Shown here piece after piece: positions 14,779-23,495 of a stretch of 32,000 nucleotides of DNA (within the stretch, counting starts at the first letter, position 1; each line of letters opens with the position of its first letter). The stretch is from positions 5,310,001-5,342,000 of the forward strand of contig NZ_LN831039.1 in assembly GCF_001457595.1 (NCBI RefSeq). The letters run 5' to 3'. The stretch comes from Mycolicibacterium smegmatis. GTDB taxonomy: Bacteria; Actinomycetota; Actinomycetes; Mycobacteriales; Mycobacteriaceae. The translations under genes and the position numbers were made by a program. A model generated the notes under the pieces. The model was not told the origin of the DNA and did not search any database. It saw only the letters and a list, made by a program, of their open reading frames with translations.

Positions 14779-14842
14779 CGCCGAGTGTTGGCTTGATGCA
14801 CAGAAATCGCCCGAACTACGACCATATGCCGACGCTCGGCGC
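14779..14842. repeat. 64-bp intergenic element, copy B (terminal inverted repeats CGCCGAGTGT / ACGCTCGGCG)
   Basis: Paralogous to 14102..14165. Its right part supplies the last 8 codons (APSVGIWS) and the stop of the esterase gene. Confidence 0.7.
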
Positions 14843-15763
14843 GGTTAACGGCTCGGCACTCAGTCGCTCGCGGATCCACGAGTCGATGGCTTCGAGAGCA
14901 GCCCGCGCCATCGAGGTCGGGTGTCCGGTGAATGCGTGCGGCGAAGCGGGATAGACCCGCAGATCGACCTCGACGCCGGCCGCGACAAGCCTTGCCGCCA
15001 TGGCCAAGTTGTCCTCGAGCAGGATGTCTTCCGCGCCGACCACCATAAGGATCGGTGGAAGCTTCTCCAGCGACGCAAAAATCGGTGAGATGTCCGGCGC
15101 CGTGCGATCCGGGGCGTGGCCCGCATACGCGCGCAGGAAATACTCGTCTGCGATGAGGCGGCCCGCCGGAGTTCGGGTGGACAGATCGTAGGTCCCGCAC
15201 TCGGCAACGGCACCGCTGAAGGCGAAGATCCCGCGATCACGTAGTCGCACCAAAGTTGTTGTCACCAGGGTGGAGCCGGCGGACAAGCCGGTCATGACCA
15301 GGCGCGTGGTGCCGAATCGTTGTTCGGCATTCTCCACGAGCCACAACGCCGCGGTCTCGCAATCGTCTGGTGCTGCAGGCCATGGATGCTCCGGGGCGAG
15401 TCGATAATCCACACTCACCACGGCAACGCCCAAAGCGTTCACGAGTCGCCGATTCCGGACGTCGCTGTCGGCGGCCGACCCCAGATAGAACCCACCGGAG
15501 TGGATCTCCAAGAGCACGCCCGCGGCGGGCCGCGAGATCGGGGCGTGGATCCGCACCGGCACGCTTCGCCCACCCGCACTCACCGTCTCCACCGACGGTG
15601 GTGGCCAACACTCGGCAGGTTCGGGCATCGTCTCACGGAGCGCGAGGAGCTCGCTGACGCCGGCCGGACCGCGACCGGGCGGTCGGTCCGCGTAGAACTC
15701 ACGGGATTCCTCGACGAGTGAAAGAAGCTGCGGATCAATCAATGCCGACAGCTCAAATCTCAT
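14816..15763 (-). CDS. Alpha/beta hydrolase fold-3 esterase/lipase (hormone-sensitive-lipase family)
   Basis: 315-aa ORF with an HSGGF oxyanion motif (HGGG variant), the GLSAG nucleophile elbow and a C-terminal PHAF. Codon usage looks somewhat less GC3-biased than in the core genes (judged by eye). Confidence 0.85.
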   Translation of the reverse strand: MRFELSALIDPQLLSLVEESREFYADRPPGRGPAGVSELLALRETMPEPAECWPPPSVETVSAGGRSVPVRIHAPISRPAAGVLLEIHSGGFYLGSAADSDVRNRRLVNALGVAVVSVDYRLAPEHPWPAAPDDCETAALWLVENAEQRFGTTRLVMTGLSAGSTLVTTTLVRLRDRGIFAFSGAVAECGTYDLSTRTPAGRLIADEYFLRAYAGHAPDRTAPDISPIFASLEKLPPILMVVGAEDILLEDNLAMAARLVAAGVEVDLRVYPASPHAFTGHPTSMARAALEAIDSWIRERLSAEPLTAPSVGIWS

Positions 15764-15810
15764 ACAAGGACCCTACCGAGCGTGGTGCCAGTGCCACGGG
15801 CTGCGATGGC

Positions 15811-16365
15811 CTACACGTTGAAGCGGAACTCCACGACAGGCCGTTCGAACGTCAGCACCGGAACCCTCACGCCTGACGGTGTCTGTTGCTCCGTGGGCAT
15901 GCCCTTCTGCTGAAATCCAGCGCGCTCGAGTACTCGCTGCGATGCCAGATTCTGCGGGGAGGTCCGCGCGGTCAGTAGCTCAAGGCCCATCGTTGCAACG
16001 ATCTGGCTGCTTGCCGCCAAGGCCTTCACCGCCGCCCCACGCCCGCGGGATTGTGCAGTCAACCAGAAGCCGACCTCGGCGCGATCGCTTCTGAAATCGA
16101 ACAGGACCAGGCTACCGAGAAACGCGTCCGAGTCAGCGTCAGCAATCGCCAGAACCGCCAGCGATCCATCCGCCAACCCCTGAGCGATGATCCCGTCGAT
16201 CTGATCGCGCACGATTTCCGGCGTGTAATGAGTCAGTGGTAGATGACCATATTCCTGTACCGCTGGATCGGTCGTGCCCAGCGCGAACGCCTCGGCATCA
16301 CGATAGTCGAGCTCTCGCAGAAGGATGTCGTCGATTCGGCAGGGAAGGAGTCGGGTAAAGGTCAT
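15811..16365 (-). CDS. GNAT family N-acetyltransferase (RimJ/RimL-like)
   Basis: 184-aa ORF with the acetyl-CoA motif QSRGRGAAVKAL. Its ATG overlaps the ychF stop (ATGA). The last 8 residues, VVEFRFNV, look like a captured YchF C-terminus (see findings). Confidence 0.85.
   Translation of the reverse strand: MTFTRLLPCRIDDILLRELDYRDAEAFALGTTDPAVQEYGHLPLTHYTPEIVRDQIDGIIAQGLADGSLAVLAIADADSDAFLGSLVLFDFRSDRAEVGFWLTAQSRGRGAAVKALAASSQIVATMGLELLTARTSPQNLASQRVLERAGFQQKGMPTEQQTPSGVRVPVLTFERPVVEFRFNV
15823..15837. repeat. Direct repeat copy 1 (GCGGAACTCCACgAC) flanking the GNAT cassette
   Basis: 12/12 identical (14/15 when extended) to 16395..16409, which lies 572 bp away. Confidence 0.8.
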
Positions 16366-17468
16366 TTCTTTCCGCTCCCAGACGTTCCACCGTGGCGGAA
16401 CTCCACCACATCGCCGTCGGCCATGACGTAGTCCTTGCCTTCCATGCGGACCTTGCCCGCGGCCTTCGCGGCGGCCATCGAGCCGGCCTCGACCAGATCG
16501 TCGAACGACACGACCTCGGCCTTGATGAAGCCCTTCTCGAAGTCGGAGTGGATCACGCCGGCGGCCTTGGGTGCGGTGTCGCCCTGGTGGATGGTCCAGG
16601 CGCGCGCCTCCTTGGGCCCCGCGGTGAGGTAGGTCTGGAGTTTGAGGGTGTGAAAGCCCGCGCGTGCGAGCGCGTCGAGTCCGCGCTCGGTCTGACCGAT
16701 GGACTCCAGCAGCTCGGCCGCGGACTCGTCGTCGAGCTCGAGCAGTTCTGCCTCGATCTTGGCGTCGAGGAACACCGCGTCGGCGGGCGCCACCATCTCA
16801 CGGAGTTCGGCCTGGCGGGCCTCGTCGGTGAGCACCGACTCGTCGGCGTTGAACACATACAGGAACGGTTTGGTGGTCATCAGGTTGAGCTCGCGCAGCA
16901 GCGTCACGTCGATGCCTGCCGCGGCGGCGCCCGCGAAGAGCGTCTTGCCGCTGTCCAACACGGCCTGCGCGGCGACGGCGGCCTCAAGGACGGGTTTGCG
17001 CTCCTTGTTGTTGCGCGCTTCCTTCTCCAGGCGCGGCACGGCCTTCTCGAGGGTCTGCATGTCGGCGAGGATCAGCTCGGTCTCGATGACCTCGATGTCG
17101 GACCTGGGGTCGACGCGCCCGTCGACGTGAACCACGTCGTCGTCGTTGAAGACCCGGACCACCTGACAGATGGCGTCACATTCGCGGATGTTGGCGAGGA
17201 ACTTGTTGCCAAGGCCCGCACCCTCGGACGCGCCCTTCACGATGCCCGCGATGTCGACGAACGTCACAGGCGCGGGCACGGTCTTCTCCGAGCCGAACAG
17301 TTCGGCGAGCTTGTCCAGGCGCGGGTCCGGCAGCGGCACCACACCCTCGTTCGGCTCGATGGTCGCGAAGGGATAGTTGGCCGCCAGCACGTCATTCCGC
17401 GTCAAGGCGTTGAACAAGGTCGATTTTCCGACGTTCGGCAAACCGACGATTCCGAGGTTCAGGCTCAC
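16362..17468 (-). CDS. ychF: Redox-regulated ATPase YchF (Obg-like GTP-binding family)
   Basis: ORF 16362..17477. The N-terminus (V)SLNLGIVGLPNVGKSTLFNALT matches canonical YchF, so the GTG at 17468 is preferred over the GTG at 17477. G1-G4 motifs and a TGS-like C-terminus are present. The tail is the atypical ...DGDVVEFRHGGTSGSGKK. Confidence 0.93.
   Translation of the reverse strand: MSLNLGIVGLPNVGKSTLFNALTRNDVLAANYPFATIEPNEGVVPLPDPRLDKLAELFGSEKTVPAPVTFVDIAGIVKGASEGAGLGNKFLANIRECDAICQVVRVFNDDDVVHVDGRVDPRSDIEVIETELILADMQTLEKAVPRLEKEARNNKERKPVLEAAVAAQAVLDSGKTLFAGAAAAGIDVTLLRELNLMTTKPFLYVFNADESVLTDEARQAELREMVAPADAVFLDAKIEAELLELDDESAAELLESIGQTERGLDALARAGFHTLKLQTYLTAGPKEARAWTIHQGDTAPKAAGVIHSDFEKGFIKAEVVSFDDLVEAGSMAAAKAAGKVRMEGKDYVMADGDVVEFRHGGTSGSGKK
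16395..16409. repeat. Direct repeat copy 2 (GCGGAACTCCACcAC) flanking the GNAT cassette
   Basis: See 15823..15837. It encodes VVEFR of YchF on the minus strand. Confidence 0.8.
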
Positions 17469-17552
17469 AGGGAACACAGTCTAGGCCCGAGTGACAGGCA
17501 CGCCAGCGTCCACCGGCGGCGCACCACCGCCAAGAGCCGGTACGGTCTACCT

Positions 17553-18728
17553 GTGTTCGGACAGCGCGCAGAGTCGGCAGTGCCGGCTGACCTTCGCTCT
17601 GTACACCCCAGATACGCCGGTGTGCCGTGGTGGGGTGCCGTGTTGGCGGCTGTCACGGCTACCGCGATCGGGTTTGCCTTCGACGCGGGTGCGGGCAGCC
17701 GTGAGCTCAGTGGGGTCTTCGGCTTCTGCTACGTCGTCGGCTGCCTCGCAGCGGTGCTCGCGGTGCGGCAGAGCGGGGTGTTCACGGCGGTCATCCAGCC
17801 GCCGCTGATCCTGTTCTTCGCGGTCCCCGGGTCGTACTTCCTGTTCCGCGGCGGCGAGATCAACGGCCTGAAGGATCTCGCGATCAACTGCGGATACCCG
17901 CTGATCGAGCGCTTCCCGCTGATGTTGTTCACCTCGGCGGCGGTTTTGCTGATCGGGCTGGGCCGCTGGTATGTCGGGCTGACGTCCCGCGACACCGGGG
18001 ACACCGAGTCGGCGACACCGTCGACCCGGAAACGGGCTTCCGACGAGGCGCCGAATGCCGTTGTGGCATCGATCACATCGAAACTCTCTTCCCTGCTGTT
18101 CCGCAAACCCGCGACGGATCGATCGGCGTCGCGGCAGAGGGCGAGGCAAAGCACCCGCAGGGACCGTGCAGAGCGCGCCGGGACCGGCGCCGCGCCGCGC
18201 AAGCGCACCGGTGAACGTCCGCCGCGACGCCGCCCGGCGGCGGCTGCTGCCGCGGACGCCAAAGAGCCGACACGCAACGGGCGCCCGACCAAACGGACGG
18301 CGCCGCCGCGGGCGCGTCGTCCGCGCGACCCCGAACTGGACCCCACGCTCGACGCACCGGAACGGCCGCGTCGTCCGCGCTCTGCGCGTACGGAACCGCC
18401 CGTGGTGCCGCCGGCCGAACCGCGCCGCCGTGTCCGCACGCAGCCGCGTGAACCCCGCGAACCGCGCAAGCAGCCTCCGGGCGACCGGCTGGGTCCTTAT
18501 GAGCGCCCGCAGCGCAGGCGCCGTTTCGATGACTACAGGCCTTTCGAGGATCCGTTCGACGCGCCGATGGAGCCGCCGTTCGAGCCGCGGACCAACGGTC
18601 ACCCGGGCCGCTCGACGCATCACCCCGTCTCACGCGTGCGCTATCGCGGCGGCGAGGACGAGGATCATCGTTCGGAGTACCGCACGCGTCCGCGCCCGCC
18701 GGCGCGGGGCCGTCACTCGCGGGACTGA
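17553..18728 (+). CDS. Membrane protein with Arg/Pro-rich disordered tail (Rv1111c-like, DUF6542-like)
   Basis: This is the 3' part of ORF 16392..18728; the 5' part is antisense to ychF. The putative GTG start gives VFGQRAESAVPADLRSVHPRYAGVPWWGAVLAAVTATAIGFAFDAG... There are four TM helices followed by about 230 aa rich in R/P/E. The start is uncertain. Confidence 0.65.
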   Translation: MFGQRAESAVPADLRSVHPRYAGVPWWGAVLAAVTATAIGFAFDAGAGSRELSGVFGFCYVVGCLAAVLAVRQSGVFTAVIQPPLILFFAVPGSYFLFRGGEINGLKDLAINCGYPLIERFPLMLFTSAAVLLIGLGRWYVGLTSRDTGDTESATPSTRKRASDEAPNAVVASITSKLSSLLFRKPATDRSASRQRARQSTRRDRAERAGTGAAPRKRTGERPPRRRPAAAAAADAKEPTRNGRPTKRTAPPRARRPRDPELDPTLDAPERPRRPRSARTEPPVVPPAEPRRRVRTQPREPREPRKQPPGDRLGPYERPQRRRRFDDYRPFEDPFDAPMEPPFEPRTNGHPGRSTHHPVSRVRYRGGEDEDHRSEYRTRPRPPARGRHSRD

Positions 18729-18743
18729 TTCCAGGCCGAGGTT

Positions 18744-19757
18744 CTAACCGCGCGGCGGGCGGATCTCGCGCGGCAGGGCGAACACCAGCGTCTCGTTGGC
18801 GGTCGTGACGGGCTGCACGGTGTCGTAGCCGTGTTCGGCCAACCGCTCCAGCACACCGCGCACCAGGATCTCGGGCACCGAAGCACCGGAGGTGACGCCG
18901 ATGGTGGTCACACCGTCGAGCCAGGCCGGGTCGATGTCGTCGGCGTAGTCGACGAGGTACGCGGCGTCCGAGCCGGCGCCCAGGGCGACCTCGACCAGCC
19001 GCACCGAGTTCGACGAGTTGCGCGAACCCACCACGATCACGAGCTCACATTCGGGCGCCATCGCCTTGACCGCGACCTGGCGGTTCTGGGTGGCGTAGCA
19101 GATGTCGTCGCTGGGCGGATCCTGCAGCGTGGGGAACTTCTCCCGCAGCCTGCGGACGGTCTCCATGGTCTCGTCGACGCTCAGCGTGGTCTGCGAGAGC
19201 CAGATGACCTTGCTCTCGTCGCGTACGGTCACGGCGTCCACCGACTCGGGGCCGTCCACCAGCTGCACGTGGTCGGGCGCCTCACCGGCGGTGCCGACGA
19301 CCTCCTCGTGGCCTTCGTGGCCGATCAGCAGGATGTCGTAGTCGTCGCGGGCGAAGCGTTTGGCCTCGTTGTGCACCTTGGTGACCAGTGGACACGTCGC
19401 GTCGATGACCTTGAGATTGCGCTCTGCGGCGGACTGGTGCACCGTCGGTGCGACGCCGTGCGCGGAGAACACCACGATGGCGCCCTCGGGCACCTCGTCG
19501 GTCTCGTCGACAAAGATCGCGCCTGCCTTGGCCAGGGTCTCCACGACGTGCCGGTTGTGCACGATCTCGTGGCGGACGTACACCGGGGCGCCGTGCTTCT
19601 CCAGCGCGCGCTCCACGGTCTCGACGGCACGGTCCACACCTGCGCAGTAACCGCGGGGTTCAGCCAGCAGCACGCGTTTGCCGGACACCTGCGACCGTCC
19701 ACCGCCACTCACCGAGCTCGAGGCACCGGGAATACCCATGTTGATAGTTGGCGGCAT
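18744..19757 (-). CDS. ispH: 4-hydroxy-3-methylbut-2-enyl diphosphate reductase
   Basis: ORF 18744..19823, trimmed to [13 protein letters not shown]...[42 protein letters not shown]. The conserved Cys-containing IspH motifs are present. Confidence 0.95.
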   Translation of the reverse strand: MPPTINMGIPGASSSVSGGGRSQVSGKRVLLAEPRGYCAGVDRAVETVERALEKHGAPVYVRHEIVHNRHVVETLAKAGAIFVDETDEVPEGAIVVFSAHGVAPTVHQSAAERNLKVIDATCPLVTKVHNEAKRFARDDYDILLIGHEGHEEVVGTAGEAPDHVQLVDGPESVDAVTVRDESKVIWLSQTTLSVDETMETVRRLREKFPTLQDPPSDDICYATQNRQVAVKAMAPECELVIVVGSRNSSNSVRLVEVALGAGSDAAYLVDYADDIDPAWLDGVTTIGVTSGASVPEILVRGVLERLAEHGYDTVQPVTTANETLVFALPREIRPPRG

Positions 19758-19810
19758 GTCTCCAGGGTACGGGGCCACAGCAGGCGACAGCCAGCCGTAC
19801 TCTGTTGCCC

Positions 19811-20428
19811 ATGGGAACTGCACCGTATGGGGTCCGGCTGCTGGTGGGAGCAGCGGTGACCACCCTGGAGGAAGCTCGCAAGTTGCCTCAGACCATCCTG
19901 ACGTACCCCATGACCGTGGCCAGCCAGGCGGCCAACCTGGTCATGCACGTCCAGCAGAACCTCGCTGAGCTGGTCATCAAGGGCGACGAGGCGCTGGAAC
20001 AGCTGTTCCCGCCCAAGGATGAGCAGCCTGAGTGGGCCACGTTCGACGAAGACCTCGAAGACAGCGGAGACGACGACACCGCCGGCGACAGCGCTTCGAC
20101 GTCGTCGGCCAACGGTCAGCGCCGCACCGAGGGCCGGTTCGCGCTCTACAGCACCGGCACCCCGGATTCCGCGGAGAGCGAACCCGCCGCCAGGTCCTCG
20201 AAGTCCTCGGAGCCCTCGAAGCCCTCGGAGCCAGAGGCCGGCGAGGCGCCGGCCGTCGTCGCCGAGATGGACTACGACTCGCTGACGCTGGCCCAGCTGC
20301 GCGCCCGGTTGACGTCGCTGAGCATCGGCGATCTTGAGGCACTGCTGGCGTATGAGGAGGCCGGCCGGGCCCGCGCCCCGTTCGTGACACTGCTGGCCAA
20401 CAGGATCACGCGCGCGTCCGCCAAGTGA
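19811..20428 (+). CDS. Rv1109c-like conserved protein (annotated in related genomes as lipid droplet-associated protein)
   Basis: ORF 19748..20428, trimmed to [30 protein letters not shown]... It has an acidic, Ser-rich middle section. Its stop overlaps the xseA start (GTGA). Confidence 0.6.
   Translation: MGTAPYGVRLLVGAAVTTLEEARKLPQTILTYPMTVASQAANLVMHVQQNLAELVIKGDEALEQLFPPKDEQPEWATFDEDLEDSGDDDTAGDSASTSSANGQRRTEGRFALYSTGTPDSAESEPAARSSKSSEPSKPSEPEAGEAPAVVAEMDYDSLTLAQLRARLTSLSIGDLEALLAYEEAGRARAPFVTLLANRITRASAK
20196..20231. repeat. Four tandem 9-bp units (CCTCGAAGT CCTCGGAGC CCTCGAAGC CCTCGGAGC)
   Basis: Read from the sequence. It encodes [13 protein letters not shown] within the Rv1109c-like protein. 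Confidence 0.6.
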
Positions 20429-21678
20429 CCGAACCTGGTCAGTCGCCGGAGAACCCCTGGCCGGTGCGCGCCGTCGCGACGCGCGTGGCCAAATGGATCG
20501 ACCGGCTCGGCGTGGTGTGGGTCGAAGGGCAGCTGACCGAACTGAAGATCCGCCCGGACTCCAAGACCGTGTTCATGGTGTTGCGCGATCCGGCGGCCGA
20601 CATGTCGCTGACGCTGACGTGCCCGCGAGATCTGGTGCGCAATGCCCCGGTCAGGCTGACCGAGGGCACCCAGGTGATCATCTGCGGCAAGCCCAACTTC
20701 TACACCGGACGCGGCACATTCTCGTTGCGGGTCAGCGAGATCCGCGCGGTCGGCATCGGTGAGCTGCTGGCCCGCATCGAACGCCTGCGCCGCCTGCTGG
20801 ACGCCGAAGGCCTGTTCGATCCGCGCCTGAAACGTCCGATCCCGTTCCTGCCCAACACCATCGGGCTCATCACCGGGCGGGCGTCGGCCGCCGAACGCGA
20901 TGTCACCACGGTCGCATCCAGCCGCTGGCCCGCGGTGCGGTTCGCGATCCGCAACACGATCGTGCAGGGGCCCAACGCGGTTCCGCAGATCGTGGACGCG
21001 CTGGCGGCCCTCGACGCCGACCCCGAGGTCGACGTGATCGTGCTCGCGCGCGGCGGCGGCAGCGTCGAGGACCTGCTGCCGTTCTCCGACGAGACGCTGT
21101 GCCGCGCCATCTCGGCGTGCCGCACGCCGGTCGTCAGCGCGATCGGGCACGAACCCGACAACCCGGTGTGCGATCTGGTGGCCGACCTGCGGGCGGCCAC
21201 CCCCACCGACGCGGCCAAGCGGATCGTGCCCGACGCCGCGGCCGAGCAGGCCCTGATCAGCGACCTGCACCGGCGCAGCGCCCGCGCGCTGCGCAACTGG
21301 GTGCACCGCGAGCAGCACCATCTCGACCAGTTGCGCAGCAGGCCCGTGCTGGCCCAACCGCTGGCCGCGATCACCGCGCGCGGCGACGAGATCCACCGCG
21401 CCCGCGCGACGGCGCAGCGCGACATCACCCGTCTGATCGCGGGCGAGACCGACACCATCGGCCACCTCTCGGCGCGGTTGACGGCGCTGGGGCCTGCCGC
21501 GACGCTCGCGCGCGGGTACGCCGTGGTGCAGGCGGTGCCCGACACCGGCCCGCCGACAGTGCTGCGTTCGACGGATGACGCCCCGGCGGGCACCCGACTG
21601 CGGGTGCGGGTCTCCGACGGCGTGGTCACCGCGCGCAGCGAAGGCACTGAGGACGACGAGACAGGGAGCTCGACATGA
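20425..21678 (+). CDS. xseA: Exodeoxyribonuclease VII large subunit
   Basis: 417-aa ORF with an N-terminal OB-fold region ([24 protein letters not shown]) and the catalytic core [14 protein letters not shown]...[15 protein letters not shown]. Confidence 0.95.
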   Translation: MTEPGQSPENPWPVRAVATRVAKWIDRLGVVWVEGQLTELKIRPDSKTVFMVLRDPAADMSLTLTCPRDLVRNAPVRLTEGTQVIICGKPNFYTGRGTFSLRVSEIRAVGIGELLARIERLRRLLDAEGLFDPRLKRPIPFLPNTIGLITGRASAAERDVTTVASSRWPAVRFAIRNTIVQGPNAVPQIVDALAALDADPEVDVIVLARGGGSVEDLLPFSDETLCRAISACRTPVVSAIGHEPDNPVCDLVADLRAATPTDAAKRIVPDAAAEQALISDLHRRSARALRNWVHREQHHLDQLRSRPVLAQPLAAITARGDEIHRARATAQRDITRLIAGETDTIGHLSARLTALGPAATLARGYAVVQAVPDTGPPTVLRSTDDAPAGTRLRVRVSDGVVTARSEGTEDDETGSST

Positions 21679-21887
21679 AGCCCATTAGTGAACTCGGCTA
21701 TGAAGACGCGCGTGACGAGTTGGTCGCCGTGGTGCAGCAGCTGGAACAGGGTGGGCTCAGCTTGGATGATTCGCTGCAGATCTGGGAGCGTGGCGAGGCG
21801 CTGGCGAAACGCTGTGAAGAGCACTTAGCCGGAGCGCGTCAGCGCGTCGAGCAGGCGATCGCCGCCCGCGAGGCCGACGAGGACTGA
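21675..21887 (+). CDS. xseB: Exodeoxyribonuclease VII small subunit
   Basis: 70-aa ORF whose ATG overlaps the xseA stop (ATGA). It has the typical [24 protein letters not shown] helix. Confidence 0.9.
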   Translation: MKPISELGYEDARDELVAVVQQLEQGGLSLDDSLQIWERGEALAKRCEEHLAGARQRVEQAIAAREADED

Positions 21888-21918
21888 AATGCGCGTAGTG
21901 CCCGCCGCTCACCATCGA

Positions 21919-21938
21919 AACTGGAACGTGTTTCAGTT
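21919..21938. promoter_or_regulatory. KstR operator AACTGGAACGTGTTTCAGTT in front of the 3-beta-HSD gene
   Basis: The core TGGAACGTGTTTCA (21922..21935) fits TnnAACnnGTTnnA. From memory, the 20-mer is identical to the footprinted KstR operator of the M. smegmatis 3-beta-HSD promoter. A TATGCT -10-like hexamer at 21938..21943 ends 6 nt before the ATG, which suggests a leaderless transcript. Confidence 0.85.
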
Positions 21939-21949
21939 ATGCTGCGGGC

Positions 21950-23020
21950 ATGGCTGACTCCACCACCGACCTCGGGCGGATCCTGGTCACCGGGGGTTCC
22001 GGCTTCGTCGGCGCCAACCTGGTCACCGAACTGCTGGACCGCGGGTACGCCGTGCGGTCGTTCGACCGCGTGCCGTCTCCCCTGCCCGCTCACGCGGGTC
22101 TTGAGGTCGCCACGGGCGACATCTGCGATCTCGACAACGTCACCAACGCGGTGGCGGGCGTCGACACGGTGTTCCACACCGCGGCGATCATCGACCTGAT
22201 GGGCGGGGCGTCGGTCACCGCGGAGTACCGGCAGCGCAGTTTCGCGGTGAACGTCGGCGGAACCGAGAACCTGGTGCGCGCCGCGCAGTCGGCGGGCGTG
22301 AAGCGGTTCGTCTACACCGCGTCCAACAGCGTGGTGATGGGCGGGCAGCACATCGTGCACGGCGACGAAACCCTGCCGTACACCGAGCGTTTCAACGATC
22401 TGTACACCGAGACCAAGGTGGTCGCGGAGAAGTTCGTGCTGGGCCGAAACGGTGTGGCCGGCATGCTGACGTGCTCGATCCGGCCCAGCGGCATCTGGGG
22501 GCGCGGCGACCAGACGATGTTCCGCAAGGTGTTCGAGAGCGTGCTCGCCGGGCACGTCAAGGTGCTCGTGGGCCGCAAGAGCACGCTGCTGGACAACTCC
22601 TACGTGCACAACCTGGTGCACGGATTCATCCTTGCCGCAGAGCATCTCACGCCGAACGGCACGGCCCCCGGGCAGGCGTACTTCATCAACGACGGCGAAC
22701 CGGTCAACATGTTCGAGTTCGCGCGTCCTGTGATCGAGGCATGCGGGCGCAAACTCCCCCGCGTGCGCGTGCCCGGACGCGCCGTGCACGCCGCGATGTC
22801 GGGTTGGCAGCGGTTGCACTTCCGGTTCGGCATTCCCGAGCCGCTGCTGGAACCGCTTGCCGTGGAACGTCTTTACCTCAACAACTACTTCTCGATCGCC
22901 AAGGCGACCCGCGACCTCGGCTACCGGCCGCTGTTCACCACCGAACAGGCTCGCGTCGACTGCCTGCCGTACTACGTCGACCTGTTCAAGCAGATGGAGG
23001 CGCAGGCCCGGCCCGCCTAG
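21950..23020 (+). CDS. hsd: 3-beta-hydroxysteroid dehydrogenase/isomerase (cholesterol dehydrogenase, Rv1106c-like)
   Basis: 356-aa ORF with the extended-SDR motif ILVTGGSGFVGANL and YTETK (YxxxK). Its position next to xseAB matches M. tuberculosis. Confidence 0.9.
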   Translation: MADSTTDLGRILVTGGSGFVGANLVTELLDRGYAVRSFDRVPSPLPAHAGLEVATGDICDLDNVTNAVAGVDTVFHTAAIIDLMGGASVTAEYRQRSFAVNVGGTENLVRAAQSAGVKRFVYTASNSVVMGGQHIVHGDETLPYTERFNDLYTETKVVAEKFVLGRNGVAGMLTCSIRPSGIWGRGDQTMFRKVFESVLAGHVKVLVGRKSTLLDNSYVHNLVHGFILAAEHLTPNGTAPGQAYFINDGEPVNMFEFARPVIEACGRKLPRVRVPGRAVHAAMSGWQRLHFRFGIPEPLLEPLAVERLYLNNYFSIAKATRDLGYRPLFTTEQARVDCLPYYVDLFKQMEAQARPA

Positions 23021-23021
23021 T

Positions 23022-23492
23022 TCAGGGCAGCACGGGCAGCGGGTTCACCGTGCCGGTGGAACTGTCGACCAGCGCGGCGTGGTCCAGCGTCACCCGCAGC
23101 GGCAACACGAGGGAGCAGTGCGGCAGCCAGACACCGGGCCGGTAGTGCTTGTGCAGATCGGCACCGGTGGCGGTGACCAGGTCGACCACGCGCTGCTGGC
23201 GCTGGGCGACGTCGGCGCTCACGCCGGCCACCAGCCATATGCGTCCGCGGCGGAACACCCCGACCCCGTCGAAGCTCAGTTCGACCGCGGCACCGGACCC
23301 GTTGCCGGACAACGCCTGAGCGATCGCGGCCTGGTCCCACTGCCGCAGCACCGCATACGACAGGTGCGGCACGTGCCTGCCGTGGGTGTGTGAGCGCAGG
23401 CTGGCCACACCCCGCTGCTCGATGCGGTCCCACAACGCGCGGATCGCACGATCCGAGCGCCGGTCGAACAGCAGGCAGACCGCCAGAGCCAC
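23022..23492 (-). CDS. 2H phosphoesterase superfamily protein (LigT / 2'-5' RNA ligase-like)
   Basis: 156-aa ORF (GTG start, 3 nt after the upstream stop). It has two H-x-S/T motifs, PHLSY and PHCSL, spaced as in 2H enzymes. Confidence 0.7.
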   Translation of the reverse strand: MALAVCLLFDRRSDRAIRALWDRIEQRGVASLRSHTHGRHVPHLSYAVLRQWDQAAIAQALSGNGSGAAVELSFDGVGVFRRGRIWLVAGVSADVAQRQQRVVDLVTATGADLHKHYRPGVWLPHCSLVLPLRVTLDHAALVDSSTGTVNPLPVLP

Positions 23493-23495
23493 GGG

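Noticed and set aside
15823-16409. Whether the direct repeats or the 64-bp elements indicate a CRISPR array or IS element
   Set aside because: There are only two copies of each. No regular repeat-spacer periodicity, transposase or cas genes are present. They are better described as an insertion scar and a small interspersed repeat.
16392-17552. 5' two-thirds of the 778-aa ORF 16392..18728
   Set aside because: This part is simply the antisense of ychF. Only the portion from about 17553 (TM helices plus R/P-rich tail, Rv1111c-like) looks like a real gene.
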